Below, one piece after another: positions 20,201 through 33,708 of a DNA stretch of 64,000 nucleotides. The DNA comes from Hormiphora californensis (Eukaryota > Animalia > Ctenophora). Below the pieces are notes generated by a model, which searched no databases, was not told the origin of the DNA, and was given only the letters and a program-made list of their open reading frames with translations. How positions within the stretch are numbered: position 1 is the first letter of the stretch; each line of letters starts with the position of its first letter. The stretch spans positions 3,782,001-3,846,000 of the forward strand of contig CM035350.1 of assembly GCA_020137815.1 (NCBI GenBank), given 5' to 3'. Position numbers and translations under genes: made by a program.

Positions 20201-22962
20201 GTCAGCCCTTGGGTGGGAAATTTAAGACGGGGTCACAAAATATTTCGGATATGGGTTAAATGGCCTAATCTGCTTTTGCCCCTTTTGGGTTTTTAAAATT
20301 TAAATGAAATAAAAGGGTTATAAAACCCCCAAAAATTATTTTTTAAATTCTCATAAATTTAAATTTTTTTTTTTTTAAAAATCCCTCCGGTCGGAAAACC
20401 TATACAAATCGGCCCCTAAAATATTGTTCCCTCATAAATTCCTCCCTGATCCATTTGGGTCTTCATTTTTATCCCTCTTCCCTTTGTTTCCCCGATGTTT
20501 TAAACTTGTATTGTAGTACGGTTCCTGGGGGTAATTAGATCTGTTTTTTGGGAAGGTTTTTTAATAGATGTTATCAAAACCCCGTGCGGGTACCGTGAAA
20601 TATACAGCTCTTTTTTCTCTCTCTCCCCTCTCCCCCTCTCCCCTCTCTCCCCCCTTCTCTCTCTCTCTCCCCCTTGGGGGGCTTCCCCTCTCTCCCCCCC
20701 CGTCTCTCTCTCCTTTCTCTTCCCTCCTTCTCTTTTCCCCTCTCTCTCCTCTCCCCTCTCCCCTTTTTCCCCTCCCCCCTCTCCCCCTCTCTCTCTCCCC
20801 CCTCTTTTTTCTCTCCCCGGCGCAGTGAAAACATTTCCCACCCAAAATCCACTTTGCGCCACTTTTTCCACTTTAAATGCTGAAAAACCAGGGGGAAAGG
20901 GGAAGAGAGAGGAAAAGAAGAGAAATAGAGAGAGGGGAAAAAAAGGAAAAAAGAGAAGAGAGATAGAGAAGAAAAAGAGAGGGAGAGGAGAGAAGAAAAG
21001 AGAGAGAAAAGAAAAAAGGAAAAAAGGAGAAAAAAGAAAAGTAAAGAGGGGGGGGGATGGAAAAGGAAAAATTACACTTTTCCATCTCGCCCCTCCCCTT
21101 CCCCGCACAATTTTTAAAAATTTGTGAAAAACCTAAAATTTTTTTGGGTTTCTTTTTTCTTTAAGAGGATTGCAAACTACCCAAAAAAAAAACGGGCAAT
21201 GGGAAATTTTTCTACCACCCACGGGAAACGGGCTGAAATGGGGAAAGGGACCCGGGAATTTTGGTTTGGTTGGTGTACCCAGTCACAAAAAGGGGGGGGA
21301 AACCCAAGTTCAAGAAGTGGTGTTTCCCAAAAGGGGAAAGGAAACCTTTTTTTTAAAAATTTTCCAAAGGAAAATATAATAAATAAATTGGAAGTGCAAA
21401 CCTGCTACGTATGAGTTTCAGTGACTAATTTGGCCCCACAAAAAACCGCATGCATACAAAACTGAAATGCTATAATAAAAGGGGGGCACTTTGTACTTAG
21501 AGAGTCCTTTTGTGCAGTTCTCCTCCATATTGTAGGAGCGTTAGAACTTAGAGGGTTATATTAGTCCGAGCCGAGACACATAAACAGAAAGGATTTGAGT
21601 TAGACATTATCTTTTGATGCTTATTGGACCTTCAGTTTTAAATTTCTACAAAAAAATACTTGCATTCACATTTGTCACAAATAATATCCCCATTGGGAAA
21701 CTTGTTTTGTTTTTAATACTGAGGAAGAATAAATTTAAAAAAGCTGTCGGCCAAAAGCTTTTGAAAACTTCTCGCGCCCCCTCCGCGGAAAAAAAAAAAA
21801 GGGTCAGGCCAAGCTCTGACAGTAAAAAAATTATCTAATCAAACGATTGTCTTTAGGCATCTTTTAAAAATTTTTTAACCCCATATTTTTTCAAAGAAAA
21901 GGGGCTGGGGTTTCATACATTTCAAAAAATTTTGCACGCTAGGGAAAGCTATTTTTTTCTTTGTTTCCCGGGTTTACCTAAACAATATATTATTCGGAAA
22001 AGGGAAAGAATTTCATCGTTTAAAGGACTTCCAAGTGTTCCCATGCGGGTATTAATTAACTTTGTTTGCTGAGAGGAAAAAGCCCTTTTTTTTTTTTGGG
22101 GTTTTCCCCCCACTCTGATTTTCGAAAGGGCCCGCCCCCAAGAAGAAGGGGTTTTAAATGTTTCTTTGGGGGCACAAAAGACAAAACCCCTTCTCCCTTT
22201 TTTCAAACGGCCCATTGTTTCTGTAGAGGTTTTTTTTTTTTTTTTCTTGGGTGGGTTCATTTTTTGTCCTAGTCCAAAAAAAAAATGGGTTGGGCCCCCT
22301 TTAGCTCTCCTCCCCCTCCTTCCCCCTTTTCCTTTTCCTTTCCCCTCCCTTCCCCTTTCCCCCCTTTTTTTAACTTCCCCCATTTTTTCCTTTTTTTTTT
22401 CTTTATGGTCTCCTCCCCCCCCCCCTTTGTTCCCAAACCCGCTTTTAATCCCTCCAAATCTTGTTTCCCCTCTTCCCCTCCCCCTCCCTCCCCCCCTCCC
22501 CTCTCTCTCCTCCCTTTTTCTCCTTTTCCCCCCCTCCTCCTTTTCTCTCTCTCCCCCCCGCCCCCCCTCCCCCCCTTCCCCTCCCCCCAAAAAAACTCCC
22601 CCTCCCTTTTCTCCTTTCCCCTTTTCCCCCCTTCTCCTTCCCCCATTCTCTTCTTTCCCCCTTTTTTCTCTCTCTCTCCCTCCCCTTTTCCCCCCTTTCT
22701 CCCCCCCTCCCTTTTTTCCCCTTCTTCCCCTTTTTTTCCCTTTTCCCCCCTTTCTTCCCACTTCCTTTTTTTCCCCCCTTCTTTTTCCCCTTGTTTTCTC
22801 TCCTTTTTTAGTGGGCCATTAGTTCGATATTTTTAGTTGCGAGATCGATCTCTGAGTGCGCCGTACGTCAATCACAAGCTATTAGGTCAATCCCCCCCCC
22901 CCCCCACCAATAATCGATCTTTCCGCGGCAGTATGATTCATTGTATAATTGGTCTTTTAGCG

Positions 22963-23074
22963 AAACAACAATGAACTGGCTGCGTATTGCACAACGTTGC
23001 GCATGTGAATCTCATCGGTAAGATTGGTGCAACGAATGCGCTATGCGTATTGCGCAGCCGGTTCGTTGTTGTTT
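22963..23074. repeat. Imperfect inverted repeat (MITE-like)
   Basis: AAACAACAATGAACTGGCTGCG...CGCAGCCGGTTCGTTGTTGTTT. Confidence 0.55.
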
Positions 23075-23458
23075 TACTTTAACGCATGCATAATTGATGG
23101 TCTAGTATAGGGAATTGGAAAAATGCCAGGATGACCCCGGGATATTTCCTGCAGCTTCTTCGACAGAATTGAAGCTGCTTAAGTTGTTTCAGTAGCCCTT
23201 GAAGTGTGAGAATTCATAAGGGTCGGTGGATTTGCAGGCTCCCTAGCCCCCGCTTGATGGTGTGATGACCTGTAAAATGTTATTATACTAGCTCATGGTA
23301 TGGAAGTGTGTGTGTGTGGTGTTAGAGGAGTTCAATACCTAGAATGGGGATCATTGTTCTCGATTTTACAACACAGCTGTTAGGTCCTTGTGGCAAAGAG
23401 AGAAGGCAAGGATGAGATGGAGGGAAATATAGGCGGAGAGAGAGAGAGGAAGAGAAGA

Positions 23459-23542
<84 letters not shown>

Positions 23543-24999
23543 TGATTGAAGTATGAGAGCGGTATAAATCTTGGTCCGCTTGGTTAAGAATACGGGAAAA
23601 AAAGATAGATGAAAAAAGAGAGACTGGGAGAGCTATTTGTGGTGTATACCTACGGCAGATCATGTCCGGGAAAAAGAACACACTTTGGAAAAGAAAGAGG
23701 GAGAGTTATATTGTGAAATGTTAGAGAATATATATATATATGGCTGGTGTTTAGCTTTTCCTTATAACCGCATTTCAGTGTTAACATAGTAGTAGAGTAT
23801 ACTTTATACTTTGCAGTGATTCTACTTGCTGTTTTGCGCCCATTTTTGATATATTTCGTCAGCGATATATTATATCTTTATTTCACTCAAACTCATTTTA
23901 CAAATAATGTAATCCGCCGCTAAAAAGAATTTAAAAAAAAGTATTTAGATTTATAAGAAATTCGCCAGGGATTCCATGAAATGCATGTGTTGCGTCCATG
24001 AAACATGTGTTGCGTCCAAAATACAGTTGTATTATTTGATCGTTGTAAGAAATTTGTTTCAAATTTTAAATACATTCTTTGTGTACTCTTTCTAGCTTCG
24101 GAGCGTGTCGATCTTCAACATTTTTATCGCAGCTGAGTCATTACGTTAATTGTTTTGCCATTTCCTCGACAATGTTTTCTGGCCTGTCTCTTTCCACTCG
24201 TCGTAGCGTTGTTATGTTGGTGAATCACTGTGTTGAGCTTCTTCAGACATATTACTGGGAGAGATCAGCTAGAGAAAAAACAGAGTATTTATCTTTTCTA
24301 AAATGTGTGCTGAACTGATGTTGGTATTATTTAGAATTCTGTCAACAACTGTCTCTACCTGCAGACTGAACTAGTGGCAAGCTCCTTGGCCTTCCTTCCA
24401 CGCGTCTGTCTATATAGACAGTACAATTAAAAACGTACTATTTTACCGTCAGTCGGATCCAAACCCCAAAATTAATTAATTTTGAGTAAAATTCAATTGA
24501 GTTACTGGCACTGACAGTGACAGAGATTTTTTCAATGACGCAAACGCTTCTTCTGCTGGCGCTGCTGCACGTAGCATCACGGAATTTTTTGGTAGACTGC
24601 TTTTAGTTTAAATACAGATTGTAGAGAAACCTTTGGAAATTGGATCTTGTTTTGTTCAAACCCATTTTATTTTATTTTATAAAAAGGGCGGGGCACGCGG
24701 AAACACGGTCGAGGAACGCAATTTGGAGCTTGGAGATAGCTGAATAAAGAAAAGATAAATAATAGTAGAATCGTGGATTACAAATTTAAATGGTGGCCTG
24801 AAAATTTTAGTTAGGAATTAGAAGTAGAATGAAAGTTATAAGACCAGATTATATTTAAGTGGTTAACTGGCCAGATTATAAAAGTGGTTAACTGACCGTC
24901 GACCGAATACACATCTGAATGAGTTCACTTCCCAGCTCTAAACACTGAAGATCTGATGGTGGAACTGGTCTTTTGTGGTAATTAGAGAGAAGAGAGAGG

Positions 25000-25086
<87 letters not shown>

Positions 25087-25117
25087 AGAGAGAGAGGGGG
25101 GGGGGGGGGGGGGGGGG

Positions 25118-25179
<62 letters not shown>

Positions 25180-28100
25180 TAAAGGGAGAGATAAAGGGGG
25201 GGGGGAGAAGAAAGACCTGTACTACTAGATCAAGTGAGCTTTTAAATGAACTCTATTTATCTTGACCCCATCTTAGATCTTTTGTATGTAAGCATACATC
25301 AACTTGCACATATCTAATACATGTAATATATATGCTGATTAGATACACTGAAAAGTCATTGCTCCGCTTCACTTTTTGCCAATTGTCATTATACTGGCTA
25401 GATCGTGGTTTGATTTGTTGTCTTATAGCTACCCACATATTGTGACTTGTTGAGTAAGGGGTGAGAAACCTTCTCACCCCTCAACAACATGTGACCACAT
25501 TCCCTATGTTACCGACAAATCTTTGATATTGATTCCATCATGATGTGTTGCCGTACTGTAATTATGGAGACACAGAGAGACATATTATATGTGGGATTGC
25601 TAATGACCTTCCTGATCGACACATATTATATCCCCCGATTCCTAGGAATGTGTTTTGATTTGGACACAATCAGTAGGTTACTCGTCCAGTTACTGCAACC
25701 CATCATTATCAACGACACCTTGGGAAGATGTCAATAAACCTTCGACGCTCTGATCTGTTTTGTTATAGCAATTGATCTATTTGAAAAACGTGACTACGAT
25801 TCAGAAGCATTCGAGAGAAGCTGTCCCTTCTGGGTTGATCACGGGTGCAGCAGTTGAGAAGCATTAATTTTCTCTTGATATTGCTTCTCATACAACGCAT
25901 TGAGGTGTAGTCTCAATATTAATCTTCGCAGGGCTCTAGAAAAAAATATAGTTCGAAAGAATCCGACAAATCTTGATAGTTAATAAATAGACCCATGTAG
26001 ATAGTAAAATATTATAAGTTTACAAAATCAAAAACTCTGATAACGTTGTAATTGTTCTTGAGTTTTGGCTTCATCTTTTAGAACGTAAAATGTTTGACGT
26101 ATAGTTACTTGTATATGGTTCAGGCTTTTCTCTAGAGCTGTTCTAGAACAGTTCTATAGAAGACTTTTAATTGGTCAGCTTTTTGTGCCAGAGTAGTTAG
26201 ATGCAGTACTGGCCTGCAGCAAAATGTAACAGATGTTCTCATTCGTGATAATTGATGGTGCCAGGCTCGATTTGATGTGTTTTTACCAGTAACTGCAGTT
26301 TTGTGATGTTTCTCGATCAATTTGGTGTTTTCAGGGTCCTGCTCTGGGACTTCAACTGTCGAATTAGTTGTTTGCTTGCATGTGTGTGTTAATGAAATGT
26401 TTCAATTTCGATTTTGCGCTTTATGGAATATTCTCGCCGTGAATGACTAATACCCACTCGCGGCCGTTTGAAATGTCGTTAATTATCACTTGTGATGACA
26501 TATTATATTTGTATATTTTAGCAATTTATTTCGCATCTTTTTTACCAATTAGGGAGAACGGAGATGTATATATCTATGATAGAGAGAAATGGATTAATGC
26601 ATCTGTGATTTGACATGGAATGCAAAGATATTAGCTTAGTGAGTGCAGAGTGTATTTAATCCAATTCTTTGCCATTTTGAGCTCTTCTAAATTATAGTCC
26701 TTTGTTTTTCTTGTAAATGAGCTTGATAATTCAACCCGTTTTCAATGACGTAAACGACCACTAATCACTATGGTGTGTATTTTCAAGCTATTTCAACCCC
26801 TATTTATCTCCGTGTGCTCCACTATTTCTCTGCCCCCTTGTGCAAGACTAACTGCAGCTCTCGCAACAGCCCCCCTCCCATGTACCTTGTTGGACTGCAG
26901 TATGCAACACAGGCGAATCTCCGTGTCTCTAATACTTGATGATCCCCTCCTTTACCGGCGCTCAGGTAAGAGTTGTGTGGCTCACACACCGCATTTTATT
27001 TCATAGTTCATTAGATCGAAAGGTAAGAACTGTTTTAGAACATTAAGTTTTTACCCAACAACTAGTTATATCTGCTGTTGCAGCGGTACACAGGTCATTT
27101 CATGTATTTTATTTTATATATAGGTAACTTATGAAATATGTTACTTTATAATTCATATGTAACCTACTCCGCAATCTCCATCAAGCAAACACGTGGTGGG
27201 AACACCCCCTCCCAAAGCACGTGACCTTATGTATAATATGATTTACCATAGCCACACATACTATGTGACATATATATTCTGGAGAAGTAGAAGAGAGTTC
27301 ATTTCCCCAGATTTATTTCCCAGCTCTGTTGCAGTGATTTGATCATTCGGTATAAGAAGACGAGCTGATGCCCACGTGTAGTATAGAGACAGGTACCATC
27401 AGAGGAAAACTGCAAGAGAAGGAATGATAGAACAGTTATCGTCACATTATTATTCCATATCCTCTACTACTGAGCTGCACATGGGCTTATATAATGTTGG
27501 TTACGAAATAAGCCCTTCGTGCGCTGGCAATCAGGGAGGGGTTACTTCGTTACCAACTGATAGTGATTGCGTTTGTGGTAGAGTTCTTTTAGTAGAGGCC
27601 TCCCCCGCAACCATAAAATATGTTTATACTCCCGCATTACTTCTCCCAGCAGGAGGCATATATTATAGTGATTGCTTGCCCCCGACACCCCGTGCAGTAA
27701 TAGCATGAGTGGTACCATTATGAGAGGGGCATCATGGCTTGAGGTTATATACAAAGTAACACCTTGACCAGTGCTGTATAGTTCTTCCCATGACAGGAAC
27801 TCCACTATGTCACATGATGCACCTTCTATAGTTACTACTTACTACTACACATAGTACGTGACTCTATATTATATATATCAGCCATATACCACTTTTGTTT
27901 ACTGGCAACCCCATTACTTTTCCTTATGCCTCATTTCATCGGGCAAGATTCAAGCACTACTGCTGCAGTCTATATAATGGCAACTCCACCGGCCCTCAAC
28001 AAATGGCAACCCTATTGCTTTCACATATATGTCATCAAAAGTATTGTAAACAATAACGCGAGGAATGTTTACTCATTATTCCGTAAGCCTAAAGTTGAGG

Positions 28101-28316
28101 AGTTGCCTAGCTTTCCTACTAAACGATCTCTCTTTCTCACCATGTGTCTCTCTCCATCTTCTTCTCATCATGTGTCTCTCTCCTTCTCTCTCTCCCTTCC
28201 TCTCCGCTCTCTCTATTTCGTTCCCATGATCTCTACTAACCTACTTGACACATGATTTGTATGCGGACGCGTCGATTACTTTATTAATTGCCAAATACTC
28301 CAAGTCGTGAGCGCAA

Positions 28317-28389
<73 letters not shown>

Positions 28390-29597
28390 TCTCTTCTCTA
28401 GGCGCATATAATAACTTTGACAGTCACTCATAAAGTATACCTGTGTGCATCTTGTAACAACTCCATCGCAAGATATGATGCCTATATAGATTGACATGAG
28501 CCTTTCAAAATGTTGTGTCACTACCAATTTTAAGTGTCCTTTAGAATTCTCCCTACGTCACCGCCCTAGAGAGTTCTGTTACCATGGTTTTCTATTAGTT
28601 CTGTTACCATGGTTTTCTATTATTCTACGTCACCGCTCTAGAGTTCTGTTACCATGGTTTTCTATTATGTTGATGGGAAGTTTCGTTTCCCTATCCTCTT
28701 TCGATTCTTCACGGAACCTTCCAACCAACAGCGACCACACACTTCCACCTCGACAACAGGTTAGAAGAAGCTGATATAGTCAGCATTGGCCTAACAAAGA
28801 AGGTGCTTGTCAGCGCCAGCTCATTACTCATATATATGATCTCGGAATAGTTTCAATTTCACCATGTCTCGGTGTGATATCATGTGTTAAATCTCATTCT
28901 GACTCATGCAGTGTGACACAGACATTGTTTTGCGGGTAGACGGGGGTACATGATATATACATTCGCGTCATATCTCTTGAGAGAAAGAAAGAGAGAAAGA
29001 TAATTGTACCATACATGTTTACGTGTTCGTTAGTCCATCCCCCACAAACCTGGGTTTAGACAGGGTAATTCCAAGCTGCCGTCAAGCTTGCAGCATCTCC
29101 ACGTGTGTCAGGTCTCATGTGAAATTAACCGCAGGAATTTGTGTCGAGTAACAAGCTATAGAATTTGGTTTACACACTACTCTTTTGTGTCACAATTATT
29201 GATAATTACACTTTCATTTTTCATCTAGCTTCGTTTTGGCACATTGACATATCTGCTCACTCATTACAATGTTTCTCAATACAATGTGCGTAGACATGGT
29301 ACGAACAGTTTAAGGTTGTCAGTTGGTTTATTCGAGGCTATCCGAGTTACTGCAATGCTAGCTACAGACGTTTTTGGCCTGCAAGCATCCTTGAAAGTGG
29401 GACTTACAGGATATTTTTCATGGGATTTTGGGCCCCTTCCTAAATAATAAATGCCGCTGTTTTTAGTTTGGCCTGATCCAGATAGTTCTCCGAGAGAATT
29501 TTATCCAGCATTTACCCAGGATCATTTGATGAATATTTTCCCTTGGAAATGCAAATTTAATTGCAACCTCTATTGACCCTATTGTTGACCTTTTTTT

Positions 29598-29669
<72 letters not shown>

Positions 29670-29988
29670 TCTCCCGCATATTCTCATTATTCTCACCCTA
29701 TATTTTCCTCCTCGTTCCGAACACTACTCTTTCCCATGCGTGTTCCCTTGTTTCCCTGGCAACTGCAGATGGGTTATCTAGGCAGTGCTCTGTGAGGTCG
29801 ATCACCTGTCTGTGTGTTACTCAGGGGAGGTGTTGGCCATGCTGTTCGTGATGTTTTGTGAGATCCTGCAGTATGCTCCGTGATCAGTACCATGTGGTCC
29901 CCCCTCTCTCTATCTTGTGATCCATGGTATATTTCTTTACGGGGTTGAATTATGAACCAATTACTGGTGTCCAGTCGGCAGTGGCCGT

Positions 29989-30047
<59 letters not shown>

Positions 30048-32439
30048 CTGGATCTCTCTCTCTCGCACGCTCATCAGTCTAGATCGATCTGTCGCCCTCT
30101 CACTCTGTGGAGAAAGAAAGCTCCGCTCTATACCCACACCTCCGTGAGGACTCACAACAGATTAGCGCAACGGCGGGGTTCCGGGAGAAGGGGCTGATGA
30201 GGAAGTCAACATAAAGAGAGTCACTCTCGTCTTTATCTACTCTAGCGATCTATAGAGCGCGTCGCTGCTTCGCGCAGCTCTCGAGCTAGTGATTTTTAGT
30301 GTCTCTCTCTCAGTATGCGAGCGCGTATTAAATTAATTGGGGGGTTTTTTCTTTACCCCCGTTTAATTTTGGGTAAACCCTTAATTTTTTTTCCACCCTT
30401 TAGCCCGGGGTTACTATTTTTTTTAGCAAAATTTTTTAGTAAATTTTGGGAACTAACTCCTTTCTTATTACTATGATAATTTTGGCTTTTATTTAAATCG
30501 GAGTTCGAGAGATCGCTCGGTATCATGAAAAACCTACAATGCAAGCATGTCTCAATGAGATGTATATACCTTCTTTCTCAATTCTTGCTCTCCCTTTTTT
30601 CTATACTTTTAGTGTTGTGTCCAAAGTTGCTTCTTCATGAAGCCGAGAAGAAGCATTGTTCTTTTTATCTGTTTTATTTTTTGTACTTCTCTATGTTACA
30701 CCATGAAATAATCATTAGGAGTATAGTACATGTTGGAGTTAATTTAAATTGATTGAGCATCTAAACTTTATACATGTAATGGTCAACATAGAGTCTTGAT
30801 ACTTTCTCTACGTGCAGGTAGTCACAAAGATGGGTTCAACACCAAGTGGACGGTTTTCTCGTGTCTGTTTCTCATGGTCAACTAGCTTCAACCATTGTTC
30901 ATGTTTAGATTTCAGTTTCAATGAGTCTAAATGCCTTCACACTCGGGTTTTCCAGTTATACTAACATACGTTTTAATGGGTAAAGAATTCATAACACTCT
31001 ATCATTATCCCCCAACTAAATTCTCAACGTTATATGTATTCCTGTGTTAAAAATTGCTGCACATTGGACCATCAACAAACGGATGTAGTCTTATAATTCA
31101 CCGAGCTCCCCAACCCAAGTATCCTTTATATTCACTCTCCTCAGACTAGTGATCCGGCCCCCCTCCCCCAACCCCTTAACCATTCAGAGGTATAGAGTGT
31201 CTTGATTCTCATACTCCCACCTGCCCAGCCGGGGTCCGTCGCTATCTGAGACATGAGCTCTTCAATATAAGATCCTGTTATTTCGTAGTTATTGCCATCC
31301 CATTATAACCATTCATGTGTGTTTTTTCTACATATGATTGTTTGTCCTAACCTCGCTCCTCTATCTTTTCTACCGCCCCAAGTGCTCTCACTCTACTATC
31401 CGTCCGGCTCAACTGTTAGAGATGTTTGGCCTGATAGGACGTGAGATCGAGTGTGCTGAATCAATCAGATCATCTCCTACTTGGACCCTAACTAATATGC
31501 AGACAGTATCTCAATCGTTACTGTGTGCATGCTGCATCCACTAAATTTCCCACTGTTCTTTCTGAGGCTAGTGACTTAGATGTTCTCCTTACATTCATCA
31601 CTTCAATCCTACTTCTTCACTCTCTATACCTCCTTCCCATATCCCTGGAAGCAAGGTGACGGGCACAAGCAACTAGCGAGTTTTTAATGACGTGCTTTCG
31701 TCTTATCACTGACTCAACCTTCTAATATCAGACTTCACCCTACTGCTGCACTGTGTCCTGCGAGGCCTCTCATCTCTGTCGTCTCGACCATACTGGCCTA
31801 TCCTATATCTATCTCTCTCTTGCTTCGTCTTTCATCTCTCTCTCCTTACTCTCTCTCTACCTTCTCATCTCTCTCTCTCCATCTCTCTCTCTTACTCTAT
31901 AATCTCTCTTCACCCCCTCTTCCTGTCCTCTCTTCTCTCTCATATTCCCTCCTCCTCATCTTCACTCTCTCTCTCTCTCTCTCTCCTCTCTCGGTTCTCC
32001 ACCTTCCTCTCCCGCTCCCTCTCCCCGCTATCTCTCATCATCTCCTTCTCTCTCCTCTCACTCGACTTCTCTCTCCTCTCCTCCTCTCTTACTTTCATCT
32101 CACTTCCTCTCTCCTTCTTTATCTCCCTCCAGTCATCGCACATCAATCCACCCTTCTCTCGTTCTTCTCTCCTCTCTCAGTCTCTCCCCTCTCCTATCTC
32201 CTCTCCCTTCTGTCCACTCATCCGTTTCTCTCCCTCCTCTCCTCCTCTCCCTCTCTTCTCGCTCTCTCTCTCCTCCACTCTCTCCGTCTCCTCTCTCTCC
32301 TTCGTCTCACCTCTCCTCTCTCTCACCCTCTCTCTCTCCTCTCGTTCTCCTCCTCCCCTCTCCTTCTCCCCCTCCTCTCCTCTCCTCATCTCTCTCACAT
32401 CTCTTAAAACTCCCTCCTCTCATCTCTCCTCCGTGCTCT

Positions 32440-32519
<80 letters not shown>

Positions 32520-33088
32520 GTGAAGCACTCCTTGTTTTCTATGTTTGCTGTTCATGTTATCAGCACTGTGTGTCACTTATAGATCTCGTGTGGAGGTTAG
32601 TCGAGATTGGAAAGTTTCAGATCACACGGGCAGTCCCCGGTCTACTACAGCTGGTAGCCTCACAACAGCCTCTACAGCCATGTAATTATTGTTCAGCAGC
32701 CCCTGCTGTAAACACTACTGCACTTCAAGGACCCGCTAGTTCAGCTGTGATTGCTTGTCGAGAGATGGAGTGCGTGCAACAAAAGCTCCATTATATCACT
32801 TCTAGCTTGAGTTTGCTGCTGCTACATGTGCTATTGCTGTTGTCGGTGTTCAGAGAAAAAGAGGGGAGAGGGGTAGAGAGCGAGAGGTAATGAGTACAGG
32901 AGAGTTCTTGGTCATCATAATGTAGAAATGACCGCGGCTAATAACGATTTAGCCAAAATGTAGAGACCAAATGTGTAATTTGTAGGAGTAAGTAGTATAG
33001 CTGAGTCTATCGTCAGTAAACGGGGTTGTTCTTTTTTTACTATGAGAATATGTTACGTTATGATATCCGGCAAATGCAATTTACTTTG

Positions 33089-33419
33089 TGTCAATATGAT
33101 GTTGGGAAGGTGTTTGGAATGGGAAGGTGGACGAATGGAAACACGGTAGATAACGGGTGGTTAACAAAATAGACGGATCAGGTAGTACAACGTTAAGGTA
33201 GTTCGATATTGGGAATCTGACAAAGTGCTTGTCAACTTAAAACTCACTCATCTTCACAAAAAGCACGTGCGCGCACTTGAAAGGTGCATTTCAAGTGCGT
33301 GCACAAAAGTGTCACATACTAATGATCAGTTCGCGCGTTACGTCCGGTAGGCGGTAACAACTGCGACAGTGTGTCCCACAGAACAATACACTCAATCTCA
33401 TGACACACAGCTCATGACA
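33089..33419 (-). repeat. 3' LTR of the copia element
   Basis: Direct repeat of 38055-38385; contains the internal hairpin GTGCGCGCACTTGAAA...TTTCAAGTGCGTGCAC. Confidence 0.95.
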
Positions 33420-33439
33420 CTCCCCTCTATTTCTTTCTC
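33420..33439 (-). other. Polypurine tract
   Basis: Minus strand GAGAAAGAAATAGAGGGGAG directly abuts the 3' LTR. Confidence 0.9.
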
Positions 33440-33708
33440 AAAAGGACTTACCGAACTCGAGACCGATGAGGCAATGAACGCCGAGAGGGTTCCAAACCGT
33501 GTCAAGGCTAAAACTGTCATTTGTCAATTGTCGTAACAATACAAGTGAGAGTTAACTGGGAAAAACTAACAATGTGAAAATACTGAGATACGAAAAGGTA
33601 CATGTTGTCTTTGTCTGGAAGAAAAATAGAAAACAAAGTCAGTTGTCCGATAAAATATTTCAACTGGAGAAATAAAGTTAAAAAAATACAAGTAGGTTGG
33701 AAAACACA

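Noticed and set aside
20200-22830. K/G/E- and P/F-rich ORFs up to 270 aa
   Set aside because: Garbled (AG)n/(CT)n and homopolymer sequence; likely a base-calling artefact.
31800-32516. 195-aa L/S-rich ORF
   Set aside because: Degenerate (CT)n microsatellite region.
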